64,000 nt of DNA from assembly GCF_049554935.1 (NCBI RefSeq), contig NZ_CP186926.1, positions 480,001-544,000 of the forward strand, in the 5' to 3' direction. This DNA comes from Methanocaldococcus indicus. GTDB lineage: Archaea > AGJL01 > Methanococci > Methanococcales > Methanocaldococcaceae. How positions within the stretch are numbered: the first letter of the stretch is position 1; each line of letters begins with the position of its first letter. Made by a program: the position numbers and the translations under genes. Below are positions 31,270 to 40,326 of this stretch, piece by piece. The notes beneath the pieces were generated by a model. That model worked only from the letters and a program-made list of their open reading frames with translations. It searched no databases and had not been told where the DNA came from.

Positions 31270-31971
31270 ATGAAAGAGCTCTACTCTGGAAAGGCAAAAA
31301 CAATTTATGAGTATGATAAGGATAAGGTTTTAATAGAATTTAGGGATGATATTTCTGCTGGAAATGGAGCTAAAAAGGATGTTAAGGAAGGTAAAGGAGC
31401 TCTTAATGCAAAAATTTCTGCCAAGATGTTTGAGCTCTTAGAGAAGGAAGGAGTTAAAACTCACTTTATAGAATATATTGAGCCAAATAAAATTTTAGCA
31501 AAAAAAGTTGAAATAATCCCTATTGAGGTTATAGTTAGAAATATAGCAGCTGGGAGTTTGTGTAAGAGATATCCATTCAAAGAAGGGGAAGAACTAAAAG
31601 AGGTTATAGTTCAGTTTGATTATAAAAATGATGAATATGGAGACCCAATGATTAATGAAGATATAGCAGTTAATCTAAATTTAGCTACAAGAGAAGAATT
31701 AAAAAAGATGAGAGAAATAGCTTTAAAAGTTAATGACATCTTAAAGAAATTTTTTGATGAAAAAGGAATAATATTAGTTGATTTTAAAATAGAAATTGGA
31801 AGAGATGAAAATGGAGAGCTGTTAGTTGCTGATGAAATATCTCCAGATACAATGAGGTTGTGGGATAAAGAAACAAGGGAGAGATTAGACAAAGATGTAT
31901 TTAGGAGAGATTTAGGAGATGTTATAGCTAAATATAAGATAGTTGCAGAAAGAATTTTTGGAGGGAATTAG
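31270..31971 (+). CDS. purC: SAICAR synthetase
   Basis: YSGKAK, PIEVIVRN.AAGS, DFK.E.G and DEISPD motifs. Confidence 0.96.
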   Translation: MKELYSGKAKTIYEYDKDKVLIEFRDDISAGNGAKKDVKEGKGALNAKISAKMFELLEKEGVKTHFIEYIEPNKILAKKVEIIPIEVIVRNIAAGSLCKRYPFKEGEELKEVIVQFDYKNDEYGDPMINEDIAVNLNLATREELKKMREIALKVNDILKKFFDEKGIILVDFKIEIGRDENGELLVADEISPDTMRLWDKETRERLDKDVFRRDLGDVIAKYKIVAERIFGGN

Positions 31972-31974
31972 ATT

Positions 31975-32223
31975 ATGTATAAAGCAACAGTAATAATAAA
32001 ACTAAAAAAAGGTTTGTTAAATCCAGAAGGTAGAACTATAAAACAGGCATTAAACTTTTTAGGATTTAAAGAAGTGAAAGAAGTAGATAGCTATAAAATG
32101 TTAGATTTGATTATAGATTTAGATGATGAAGAAGAGGTTAAGAAGAGAGTTGATGAAATGTGTAAAAAACTCCTTGCAAATCCTGTTATACACAACTATA
32201 ATATAAAGATTGAGAAATTATGA
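31975..32223 (+). CDS. purS: FGAM synthase subunit PurS
   Basis: L.PEG and MC.KLLANPVI motifs. Confidence 0.95.
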   Translation: MYKATVIIKLKKGLLNPEGRTIKQALNFLGFKEVKEVDSYKMLDLIIDLDDEEEVKKRVDEMCKKLLANPVIHNYNIKIEKL

Positions 32224-32789
32224 GAATGATAGATTTATCCCATGAGATTATAAATTTTCCATATCCAGGAGATTTTGGATTGAAAATAAGAGAGGAGATT
32301 GATGAATATATAACCTCTATTATTTGTTTTTCTTCTCATTTATCTACTCATATAGATTATCCTAAGCATGTTCATCTAAAAAATAAAGAGTATGATATTG
32401 TTAAAGGTGTTGGCTATTGCATAAAATTAGAAGATTTAGATAAATTAAATAATATAGATAATAATATAGATATTCTCCTTATATATTCAGGATATTCAGA
32501 ATTATGGAGAAAAGAGGAATATTTTAAAAAATATCCTAAAATTGATGTTAATAAAATTTTAGAACTAAATATAAAATGTGTTGGAGTTGATGCATGTTCA
32601 ATTGGTGATTTTGAAGAGCACTATGTTTTACTATCTAACAACATCCTAATTATTGAGAATCTAAATTCCAATCTTAAACATCTAATAAATGAAAAATTCT
32701 ATTTTTTAGGAGTTCCTCTAAAAATTAAAAATGTTGATGCTTCTCCAATTAGATGTTTTGCTATTAAAAACTTTAATTACAGGTTTTAA
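32220..32789 (+). CDS. Cyclase / kynurenine formamidase-like metallohydrolase
   Basis: DLSH, YPGD, H..THID.P.H, IENL and DASP.R motifs. Confidence 0.85.
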   Translation: MRMIDLSHEIINFPYPGDFGLKIREEIDEYITSIICFSSHLSTHIDYPKHVHLKNKEYDIVKGVGYCIKLEDLDKLNNIDNNIDILLIYSGYSELWRKEEYFKKYPKIDVNKILELNIKCVGVDACSIGDFEEHYVLLSNNILIIENLNSNLKHLINEKFYFLGVPLKIKNVDASPIRCFAIKNFNYRF

Positions 32790-32875
32790 TTTTTCCAATG
32801 GATATTAATATTTATATACCTACTAAACGGATTATATAATATTAGGAAATAATAAAAAATTTTTTTGGTGATAGA

Positions 32876-33907
32876 ATGAAAGTTGCTGTTTTAGGAATAG
32901 GATGTTACAGAACTCATGCTGCTGCAGGAATAACTAATTTTATGAGAGCTTCACAAGTTGCTAATGAAGTAAATAAACCAGAAATAGCTATGACACACTC
33001 CTCTATAACAATGGCTGCTGAATTATTACACTTATGTGATGAAGTTGATAAAGTAGTTGTATCTGACCCATGTTTTAAAGAAAATCCAGGATTAGTTATT
33101 ATTGATGAATTTGACCCTAAAGAAGTTATGGAAGCACATTTAAATGGAGAACCTGAAAAAGTTATGCCAAAAATTAGAGAAACTGTTTTAGCAAAAGCAA
33201 AAGAATTGCCAAAACCACCAAAAGCATGTATTCACTTTGTCCATCCAGAAGATGTAGGTTTAGAAGTTGCTGAAAGTGATAAAGAAGCTGTAGAAGATGC
33301 AGATTTAATAATAACATGGTTACCAAAAGGTAAAAAACAACCAGATATTATTAAAAACTTTATTGATGCAATTCCAGAAGGAGCTATAATAACACATGCA
33401 TGTACTATTCCAACAGTTAAATTTGCAAAAATCTTCAAAGATTTAGGAAGAGAAGATATAAATGTTACTTCCTACCACCCAGGATGTGTTCCAGAAATGA
33501 AAGGACAAGTTTATATTGCAGAAGGATATGCATCAGAGGAAGCTGTTAATAAAGTATATGAATTAGCTAAAAAAGCAAGAGGTAATGCATACAAATTACC
33601 AGCTGAGTTAATAAGTCCTGTCTGTGATATGGGTTCAGCTGTTACAGCAGTTGTATATGCAGGATTATTAGCTTATAGAGATGCAGTAACTAAAATATTA
33701 GGAGCTCCAGCAGATTTCGCTCAAATGATGGCAGAAGAGTCATTATCTAAATTGTTAGATTTAATGAAAGAAAAAGGTATATCAAATATGGAAGAAGTTT
33801 TAAACCCAGCTGCTTTATTAGGAACAGCTGACAGTATGTGCTTTGGACCATTAGAAGATATATTACCACATGCTCTAAAAGTTTTAGAAAAGCACAAAAA
33901 AGAATAA
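32876..33907 (+). CDS. hmd: H2-forming methylene-H4MPT dehydrogenase ([Fe]-hydrogenase)
   Basis: G.GCYRTH...GITNF, HACTIP (Fe-ligating Cys), HPG.VP and PVCDMGS motifs. Confidence 0.97.
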   Translation: MKVAVLGIGCYRTHAAAGITNFMRASQVANEVNKPEIAMTHSSITMAAELLHLCDEVDKVVVSDPCFKENPGLVIIDEFDPKEVMEAHLNGEPEKVMPKIRETVLAKAKELPKPPKACIHFVHPEDVGLEVAESDKEAVEDADLIITWLPKGKKQPDIIKNFIDAIPEGAIITHACTIPTVKFAKIFKDLGREDINVTSYHPGCVPEMKGQVYIAEGYASEEAVNKVYELAKKARGNAYKLPAELISPVCDMGSAVTAVVYAGLLAYRDAVTKILGAPADFAQMMAEESLSKLLDLMKEKGISNMEEVLNPAALLGTADSMCFGPLEDILPHALKVLEKHKKE

Positions 33908-33910
33908 AAA

Positions 33911-34948
33911 CTAAATTAACTCTCTGATTATTTTTAATATTTCCTTACCTACTTCTTCTGTTTTTAAAGTTCCACCTAAATCAGGAGTTACTTTTTTGTT
34001 TAAGATACATCTTTTTACACTCTCCCTTATTATATCTCCTTTTTCTTTTTCATTTATATAATCAAAAATCATAGCTACTGATAAAATAGTAGCAAATGGA
34101 TTAGCTATACCTTTTCCAGCTATATCAGGAGCTGAACCATGAACTGGCTCAAATAAAGCTTTACCTTCACCAATATTAGCTGATGGAGCTAAACCTAAAC
34201 CTCCAATTAAAGCAGATGCTTCATCAGATAAAATATCTCCAAACATGTTAGTTGTTAGTATTATATCAAAATTCTCAGGATTTAATATAATTTTTAGAGC
34301 TGTAGAATCTACTAAACTGTCCTCAACCTCTATATCTTTATAGTTTTTAGCTACATTATAAAAACTTTCTAAAAATAGTCTATCAGTTAATCTTAATACA
34401 TTTGCCTTATGCACACAAGTTATTTTTTTTCTTTTGTTCTTTTTTGCATATTCAAATGAAAATTTAGCTATCCTTTCTGATGCCTCTCTTGTTATAACTC
34501 TTTTAGCTACTGCCTTATCTTCTCTCTCTTCCTCTTCCCCAACATACAAACATTCAGTATTTTCTCTTATAATAATAAAATCAATATTTTTAGCTGATAG
34601 ATATTTATATTCACCTAAATATCCCTCTATCCTTCCAATGCCAAAATTGTTTATTGGTCTAACATTTGCATAAAGGTTAAATATCTTTCTTAATGTTATT
34701 ATTGGGCTCTTATAGTTTTTAACTTCCCAAGGTTTAGGGGATGTTATAGCTCCAAATAAAATAATATCTGCTTTTTTAGCTTTTTCTATTGTTTCATCTG
34801 GGAGAAAAGAATTATTTTTTTTATAACATTCATATCCAGCTTCTCCAAAATCAATTTTAAAATTTCCTAACTCTTCTAAAACTCTTACACCAATTGGGAC
34901 TACTTCCTTTCCAATACCATCTCCTTCAATAACTAAAACTTTCTTCAT
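33911..34948 (-). CDS. aksF: Homoisocitrate dehydrogenase (isocitrate/isopropylmalate dehydrogenase family)
   Basis: GDGIG.EV, RENTE, HKANV, N.FGDILSD and EPVHGSAPDIAG motifs. YKSPIITLR favours AksF over LeuB. Confidence 0.75.
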   Translation of the reverse strand: MKKVLVIEGDGIGKEVVPIGVRVLEELGNFKIDFGEAGYECYKKNNSFLPDETIEKAKKADIILFGAITSPKPWEVKNYKSPIITLRKIFNLYANVRPINNFGIGRIEGYLGEYKYLSAKNIDFIIIRENTECLYVGEEEEREDKAVAKRVITREASERIAKFSFEYAKKNKRKKITCVHKANVLRLTDRLFLESFYNVAKNYKDIEVEDSLVDSTALKIILNPENFDIILTTNMFGDILSDEASALIGGLGLAPSANIGEGKALFEPVHGSAPDIAGKGIANPFATILSVAMIFDYINEKEKGDIIRESVKRCILNKKVTPDLGGTLKTEEVGKEILKIIRELI

Positions 34949-35766
34949 ATTTCTAAACCTCTTTTTCTTAGTTCTTCATAAATTTCTTTTGGAACTTCTG
35001 GCTTTTTTATATGCTCCTTTGCCTTCTCTTTATCCAACAACCCTAACCTTACTAATGTTGCTACCCTATCTATTTCAAAACTAAAACCATACTTTTCATA
35101 AAATCTTTCTAATGCTACTCCTAAAACTAAGCAGTTAGTTGTATATCCATATAAATTAGGTTTTTTAAAAGGTAAATTTTCTAATAACTTATATTTTTCA
35201 TCTTCCTTAATTTTGTAAGGTGAGAGTAATCTAACCATCTTTATTCCTTCTTTCATATCTCTTATTGCAGAATGTCCAAAAGGTATCTCATGCCCAGTGA
35301 ATATATACTTTATGTTAAATCTTTTAGCAACTCTCCACACTTCTCTTAAAATTAACCTTGAACATCTCCTACAAGGACTTTCTCCTTTCTTTATAACTTC
35401 ATTAAATAGTTGTGTAAAATCTTTATTAATAATAAATAAGTCTACTCCATAGTAGTTAGTTATATTAATGGCATTCTCAATAGCATTTTGAGATAAATAT
35501 TTGTTATTAACTAAGACACATAATGGTTTTATTTTAAATTTTTCAACTAAAATTTTTAGAGCTATAATACTATCTTTTCCTCCAGAAAAAGCTAAAATAC
35601 ATGGATATTTTTTATTTTTATCTAAATTCTTTATAACCTCTTCAACTTCTTTTTTTAGTTTATCAAAATCTATTGGATATTTTTTATATGTGAGACAATC
35701 AATACACAAATCTCCAATTATCTTTTTAGTTTTTTCAGTGTGAATACAAATTTTACACTCTTTCAT
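34945..35766 (-). CDS. PP-loop ATPase with Cys motifs, function unknown
   Basis: CKIC..CIDC, AFSGGKDS, PCRRC, TGHE and TTNC motifs. Confidence 0.8.
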   Translation of the reverse strand: MKECKICIHTEKTKKIIGDLCIDCLTYKKYPIDFDKLKKEVEEVIKNLDKNKKYPCILAFSGGKDSIIALKILVEKFKIKPLCVLVNNKYLSQNAIENAINITNYYGVDLFIINKDFTQLFNEVIKKGESPCRRCSRLILREVWRVAKRFNIKYIFTGHEIPFGHSAIRDMKEGIKMVRLLSPYKIKEDEKYKLLENLPFKKPNLYGYTTNCLVLGVALERFYEKYGFSFEIDRVATLVRLGLLDKEKAKEHIKKPEVPKEIYEELRKRGLEI

Positions 35767-35786
35767 TATGGTTCACTCTTAAGGTT

Positions 35787-35823
35787 GGTTGTTGAAAAAT
35801 TATAGATATGGCAAAAAATTTAG
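35787..35823 (+). repeat. Degenerate end of the IS5-like element (possible MITE relic extending to about 36003)
   Basis: GGTTGTTGAAAAATTATAGATATGGCAAAAAATTTAG resembles 58527-58561. Confidence 0.55.
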
Positions 35824-36044
35824 TTTTCAGGACACATATTATAGCTTTTAATTTAGATTTTTCATTTGATTATGTTTTATTTCAGGTTGGTTGAAAAATT
35901 GGAAATAAAGTATTAAAGAATTATTGTCAATTAGGATTTATCATAGTTAATTAAAAGGCTATTAAAGATTTAGAGGTAAGGATATAAATTATAAGATAAC
36001 CTTAAAATTATGCACATTCCATAAAAAAATTTTTGTTGATAAAT

Positions 36045-37172
36045 ATGAAGTTTTATGCAACACTCTCACCAGGATTGGAAGAGATAGCAAAGGAAGACGT
36101 TATTAACTTAGGAGGAAAGATTTTAGAGGTTAGGGAAGGAAAAGGTAGGATATTTTTTAAAGGTAAAGAGGAGTTAATAGCAAAAACAAACTACTTATCA
36201 AGGACATTAGAAAGAATAAACATTCTTCTACATAGAGAAAAAGTGGAAAACTTAGAAGATATATATAAAATAATATATAATATAGATTGGAGTTTTATTG
36301 ATGAAAATCAAAGTTTTGCTATAAGACCTTTAAGAGTGGGGGTGCATAACTTTACATCAATAGATATCGGAAGAGTTGCAGGAGAAGCTTTAATAAAATC
36401 ATATCAAAAAGACAAAAATGTAAGATTGAAAGTAAATTTAGATAATCCTGATGTTATTGTTAGGGTAGAGTTAATATTTAATGAGCTATTAGTTGGTTTA
36501 GATACAACTGGGGATGTAGCATTAGATAAAAGAGGATGGAGAGTTTTTAATCATCCAGCACATTTAAATGCTACAATTGCTGCAAGTTTAGTTTATTTCT
36601 CAAATTTCAAAGATGATGAAACTTTGTTAGATGTTATGTGTGGTAGTGGAACTATTCCAATTGAAGCAGCTCTTTTAAAGAGAAATATCCCTCCTGGAAT
36701 ATTTAGAGAGAAAAAATATTCTTTTCAATTTTTAAAATTGTTTGGATATAACCTTTTAAATAAAATAAAAGAAAACATCTCAATGAATAATAATATTTAC
36801 AATATATATGGTTTTGATAAAAATCCTAAGTTTATAGATGGAGCTAAAGAAAATGCAAACAATGCAAATGTGTTAGATACAATTAATTTTGATGTAGGAG
36901 ATGCCGAACATTTTAATATGAAGTTTGATATTATTATAACAAATCCACCTTATGGTATAAGAATGGGAAGAAAGAAGTATATAAAAAAGCTTTATGAAAA
37001 TTTTTTATCATCAGCAAAGAAAAATATGCATGGAGATGCAAGAATTATTGTAATAACTGCTGAAACAAAACTGTTTAAAGATGCTATATATAAAAATAAT
37101 TTAGAAATAAAAAAGAATTTCAAAGTTATGTTTGGTGGTTTATTAACTGAGGTTTTTTATTTGACTTTATAA
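36045..37172 (+). CDS. trm14: tRNA (guanine(6)-N2)-methyltransferase Trm14 (THUMP plus methyltransferase)
   Basis: THUMP domain, D.MCGSGTI.IE and NPPYG motifs. Confidence 0.85.
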   Translation: MKFYATLSPGLEEIAKEDVINLGGKILEVREGKGRIFFKGKEELIAKTNYLSRTLERINILLHREKVENLEDIYKIIYNIDWSFIDENQSFAIRPLRVGVHNFTSIDIGRVAGEALIKSYQKDKNVRLKVNLDNPDVIVRVELIFNELLVGLDTTGDVALDKRGWRVFNHPAHLNATIAASLVYFSNFKDDETLLDVMCGSGTIPIEAALLKRNIPPGIFREKKYSFQFLKLFGYNLLNKIKENISMNNNIYNIYGFDKNPKFIDGAKENANNANVLDTINFDVGDAEHFNMKFDIIITNPPYGIRMGRKKYIKKLYENFLSSAKKNMHGDARIIVITAETKLFKDAIYKNNLEIKKNFKVMFGGLLTEVFYLTL

Positions 37173-37607
37173 TAATCTAATATCAAATTGACAAAAATCA
37201 TGTCCTAAACCTGCACAATGTGTCTCCTTTGCAATTACTTTCTTATTTAATAAGTTCTCTAAACAACCTGCAATAAATCCTCCTTCAAAATAGCATAAAG
37301 TTTCACCCACATCTGGAAGTCCAGAACAAGATATACATTCATATACTCTTATCTTTAAAGGTTCTTTATTAACTATCTCAACCTTACCAATTTTAAACTT
37401 TTCACAAAATTTTATAATATCTTCAATAGATGATAACTCCAAAGATTTCCCAAAACTTTTTCCACACTGATAAATAATCATATTAGCACTTTTTCCTAAA
37501 TATCTATCTAAGTCCATATATCTAATAATCCTAAATATTGCAATGTCTATATTATTTCCAAATGACTTTCTATTATTTTTAGATAACTCATGAACATTAA
37601 ATTTCAT
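37167..37607 (-). CDS. V4R-domain protein
   Basis: ECISC, C.FEGG and ET.C...G...C.F motifs. Confidence 0.88.
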   Translation of the reverse strand: MKFNVHELSKNNRKSFGNNIDIAIFRIIRYMDLDRYLGKSANMIIYQCGKSFGKSLELSSIEDIIKFCEKFKIGKVEIVNKEPLKIRVYECISCSGLPDVGETLCYFEGGFIAGCLENLLNKKVIAKETHCAGLGHDFCQFDIRLL

Positions 37608-37678
37608 AATATCCTCTATAAAAATATTTGTTAAAATTTTCTTTAGATTTTATATATAAAGTTTATCATGTGTTAAAT

Positions 37679-38977
37679 ATGACAATCTTAGACTTAACTA
37701 AGTATAAAATGATTACAAATGTGGAAAATAAGGGAAGTAAATTAATTTTAGAAATAAACAAGAATTATTTTGTTGAAGTAGAAATTTCTTATGAAGAAGT
37801 AGAAATTTTAGATAATGGTATTTTAAAGATTAATGCTCATCCAAAAAGAGCTGAGAATTTAAAGATGGGAATTTTAAATTTGATATCTTACAAAATAGCC
37901 AACAATTTAAAAAGTAAAATTACAAATAGAAGAGTTATTTATATAAATGAACCAATTCCATTAATAGGGCATACAGCTTTTGGTTTAATAGACAGGGGAA
38001 GAAATATAATTCAAGTTAGAGGGCACTGTGGATGCAATATGAACTGTATATTTTGCTCAGTTGATGAAGGGAAATACTCTAAAACAAGGAAAAATGATTA
38101 TTATGTTGATTTAGATTATTTAGTTAAAGAATATAAAAAATTAGCTGAATTTAAAGGAAATTATAAATTAGAGAGTCATTTAGATGGACAGGGAGAACCA
38201 TCACTTTATTATCCTTTAGTTGATTTAGTTCAGGAGTTGAATGATATTAATAAAGATGGAATTGTAACAATGCAAAGTAATGGAGTCCCTCTTACTTATA
38301 AGTTAATTGATGAGTTGGAAGAGGTAGGACTACATAGAATAAATCTCTCTATTAATGCAATTGATGAGAAAATGGCTAAACTTTTAGCAGGAGATAGAAA
38401 TTATAACATAGAGAAAATATTAGATATAGCTGAATATATAAAAAATTCTAAAATTCATCTTTTAGTAGCCCCTATCCTTTTACCAAATATAAATGATGAA
38501 GAATTTAAAAAAGTAATAGATTACACTATAAATTTAGATTTAAGAATAAAACAAAATGTTATAAACCCATTAACAGGAAAAAAAGACCCTATTTTAGGAT
38601 GTCAATTGTGTGAAATATACCCATTAGGAAGAAAGCCTAAAAAAATGAAAGTATGGAACTATAAAAAATTTTATTCATTGTTGGAGAGTTATGAAAATGA
38701 ATACAAAAAAAAGGGAATAGATGTAAAGTTAAAACTAAAACCAGAAGATTTTGGAACACATAAAAGGAAAAAATTACCTTATGTATTTAAATTAGGTGAG
38801 AAGGTTTTAGTTGATGTAGTTTTAGATGGGAGAGTAAAAGGAGAAGTTTTAGGAGTAGCAAATAATAGAATCATTCAAATAATCAACTGTAAGAATGAAG
38901 ATAAATTAATAGGAGAAAAGGTAAGAGTTAGAATTTTAAGAAATAAAGATAATATATATGTTGGAGAGATTTGTTGA
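37679..38977 (+). CDS. Radical SAM protein with C-terminal TRAM-like domain
   Basis: CNMNCIFC, DGQGEP and a C-terminal beta-rich (IGEKVRVRI) region. Confidence 0.85.
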   Translation: MTILDLTKYKMITNVENKGSKLILEINKNYFVEVEISYEEVEILDNGILKINAHPKRAENLKMGILNLISYKIANNLKSKITNRRVIYINEPIPLIGHTAFGLIDRGRNIIQVRGHCGCNMNCIFCSVDEGKYSKTRKNDYYVDLDYLVKEYKKLAEFKGNYKLESHLDGQGEPSLYYPLVDLVQELNDINKDGIVTMQSNGVPLTYKLIDELEEVGLHRINLSINAIDEKMAKLLAGDRNYNIEKILDIAEYIKNSKIHLLVAPILLPNINDEEFKKVIDYTINLDLRIKQNVINPLTGKKDPILGCQLCEIYPLGRKPKKMKVWNYKKFYSLLESYENEYKKKGIDVKLKLKPEDFGTHKRKKLPYVFKLGEKVLVDVVLDGRVKGEVLGVANNRIIQIINCKNEDKLIGEKVRVRILRNKDNIYVGEIC

Positions 38978-38986
38978 GGGAGAATT

Positions 38987-39541
38987 ATGAAAAAACTAAT
39001 TATCCCTTTAATATCATTTTTAATGTTGTGTGGCTGTTTAAATAATCATCATGAGTTAAGAGTAGATGGGCATGAATTTAAATACTACTACTATGGAAAA
39101 GTTGTTAAAGTTGTTGATGGAGACACAGTATATGTTGATGTTAATGGAGAACTTTGGAAAATAAGACTTTTAGGAGTAGATACTCCTGAAATACACAAAA
39201 AAAATAATCCTTATGAATACTATCTCCTAAATGGAACTCCTATAACAAACACAACCTACCTAAAACTTTGGGGATATAAAGCAAAGCATTTTGCTGAAAG
39301 AGAACTTTTAAACAAAGAAGTCATAATAGTATTTGATAAAAATCTTCAAAAAGATAGATATGGTAGATACTTAGCATATATCTATTTAAATGAATCTGGA
39401 CATTTAGTTAATTTTAATGAACTTCTTCTAAAAGAGGGATATGCAAGAGTCTATATTTCTGATTTTTCTCTAAAAAATGAGTTTTTAAAAATTGAGAGAG
39501 AAGCAAAAGAGAGAAGAGTTGGCTTATGGGGATATAACTGA
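38987..39541 (+). CDS. Thermonuclease (SNase-like) lipoprotein
   Basis: Lipobox LCGC, VVDGDT, IRL.GVDTPE and DRYGR.LAY motifs. Confidence 0.93.
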   Translation: MKKLIIPLISFLMLCGCLNNHHELRVDGHEFKYYYYGKVVKVVDGDTVYVDVNGELWKIRLLGVDTPEIHKKNNPYEYYLLNGTPITNTTYLKLWGYKAKHFAERELLNKEVIIVFDKNLQKDRYGRYLAYIYLNESGHLVNFNELLLKEGYARVYISDFSLKNEFLKIEREAKERRVGLWGYN

Positions 39542-39553
39542 ATAAGGGAAACT

Positions 39554-40324
39554 ATGAACCTTTTAGATGTTCTTATACTATCTTTTGTAGAGGGAGTAAC
39601 TGAATTTTTACCTATATCTTCAACTGGACATTTAATTGTTATAAGTTATTTAATGAATATTAAGAGTAATATTACTTTTGATATTGTTATTCAATTGGGA
39701 GCTATTTTGGCAGTTATATATGAATACTCTAACTATTTAAAGAAAGATTTAGATATATGGATTAAGGTATTAATCTCTTTTATACCAATAGGTATTTTAG
39801 GATTCCTACTAAATGACTTTATTGAAAAATATTTATTTAATCCAATAGTTGTGAGTTTTGCCTTTATAGTTGGAGGAATTATTTTTATTATAGTTGAGAA
39901 ATATTATAAAGAGGAGAATAGAATTAACAACTTAAAAGATATTAGTTATAAAAAAGCTTTTTTTATTGGAATTTTTCAAGCATTTTCTTTAATTCCAGGA
40001 ACTTCAAGGAGTGGAGCTACAATAATAGGGGGATTATTACTAAATTTAAATAGAAAAGTAGCTGTAGAATTTTCATTTTTATCAGCTATTCCTGTTATGG
40101 TTATTGCTTCTTTATATATTATAGTTAAAAATTATCACTCTCTAAATTTTAATGAGAAATTTAATATACTCTTAGGATTTATATTGTCTTTTGTTATTGC
40201 TCTGATAACAATAAGAATATTTTTAAGATATATCAAAAATCATAGTTTTGTAATTTTTGGTATTTATAGGATTCTGTTTGGAATATTGATTTTGCTATTG
40301 TATTATAGAATTTTAGGGTTTTAA
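39554..40324 (+). CDS. uppP: Undecaprenyl-diphosphate phosphatase (BacA family)
   Basis: EG.TEFLPISSTGH and PGTSRSG.TI motifs. Confidence 0.93.
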   Translation: MNLLDVLILSFVEGVTEFLPISSTGHLIVISYLMNIKSNITFDIVIQLGAILAVIYEYSNYLKKDLDIWIKVLISFIPIGILGFLLNDFIEKYLFNPIVVSFAFIVGGIIFIIVEKYYKEENRINNLKDISYKKAFFIGIFQAFSLIPGTSRSGATIIGGLLLNLNRKVAVEFSFLSAIPVMVIASLYIIVKNYHSLNFNEKFNILLGFILSFVIALITIRIFLRYIKNHSFVIFGIYRILFGILILLLYYRILGF

Positions 40325-40326
40325 TT

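Noticed and set aside
38975-39556. In-frame TGA junctions (radical SAM to nuclease, nuclease to uppP) as possible selenocysteine read-through
   Set aside because: The downstream genes have their own RBS and N-termini (a lipoprotein signal in one), the TGAs are not at catalytic Cys positions, and no SECIS-like hairpin was seen.
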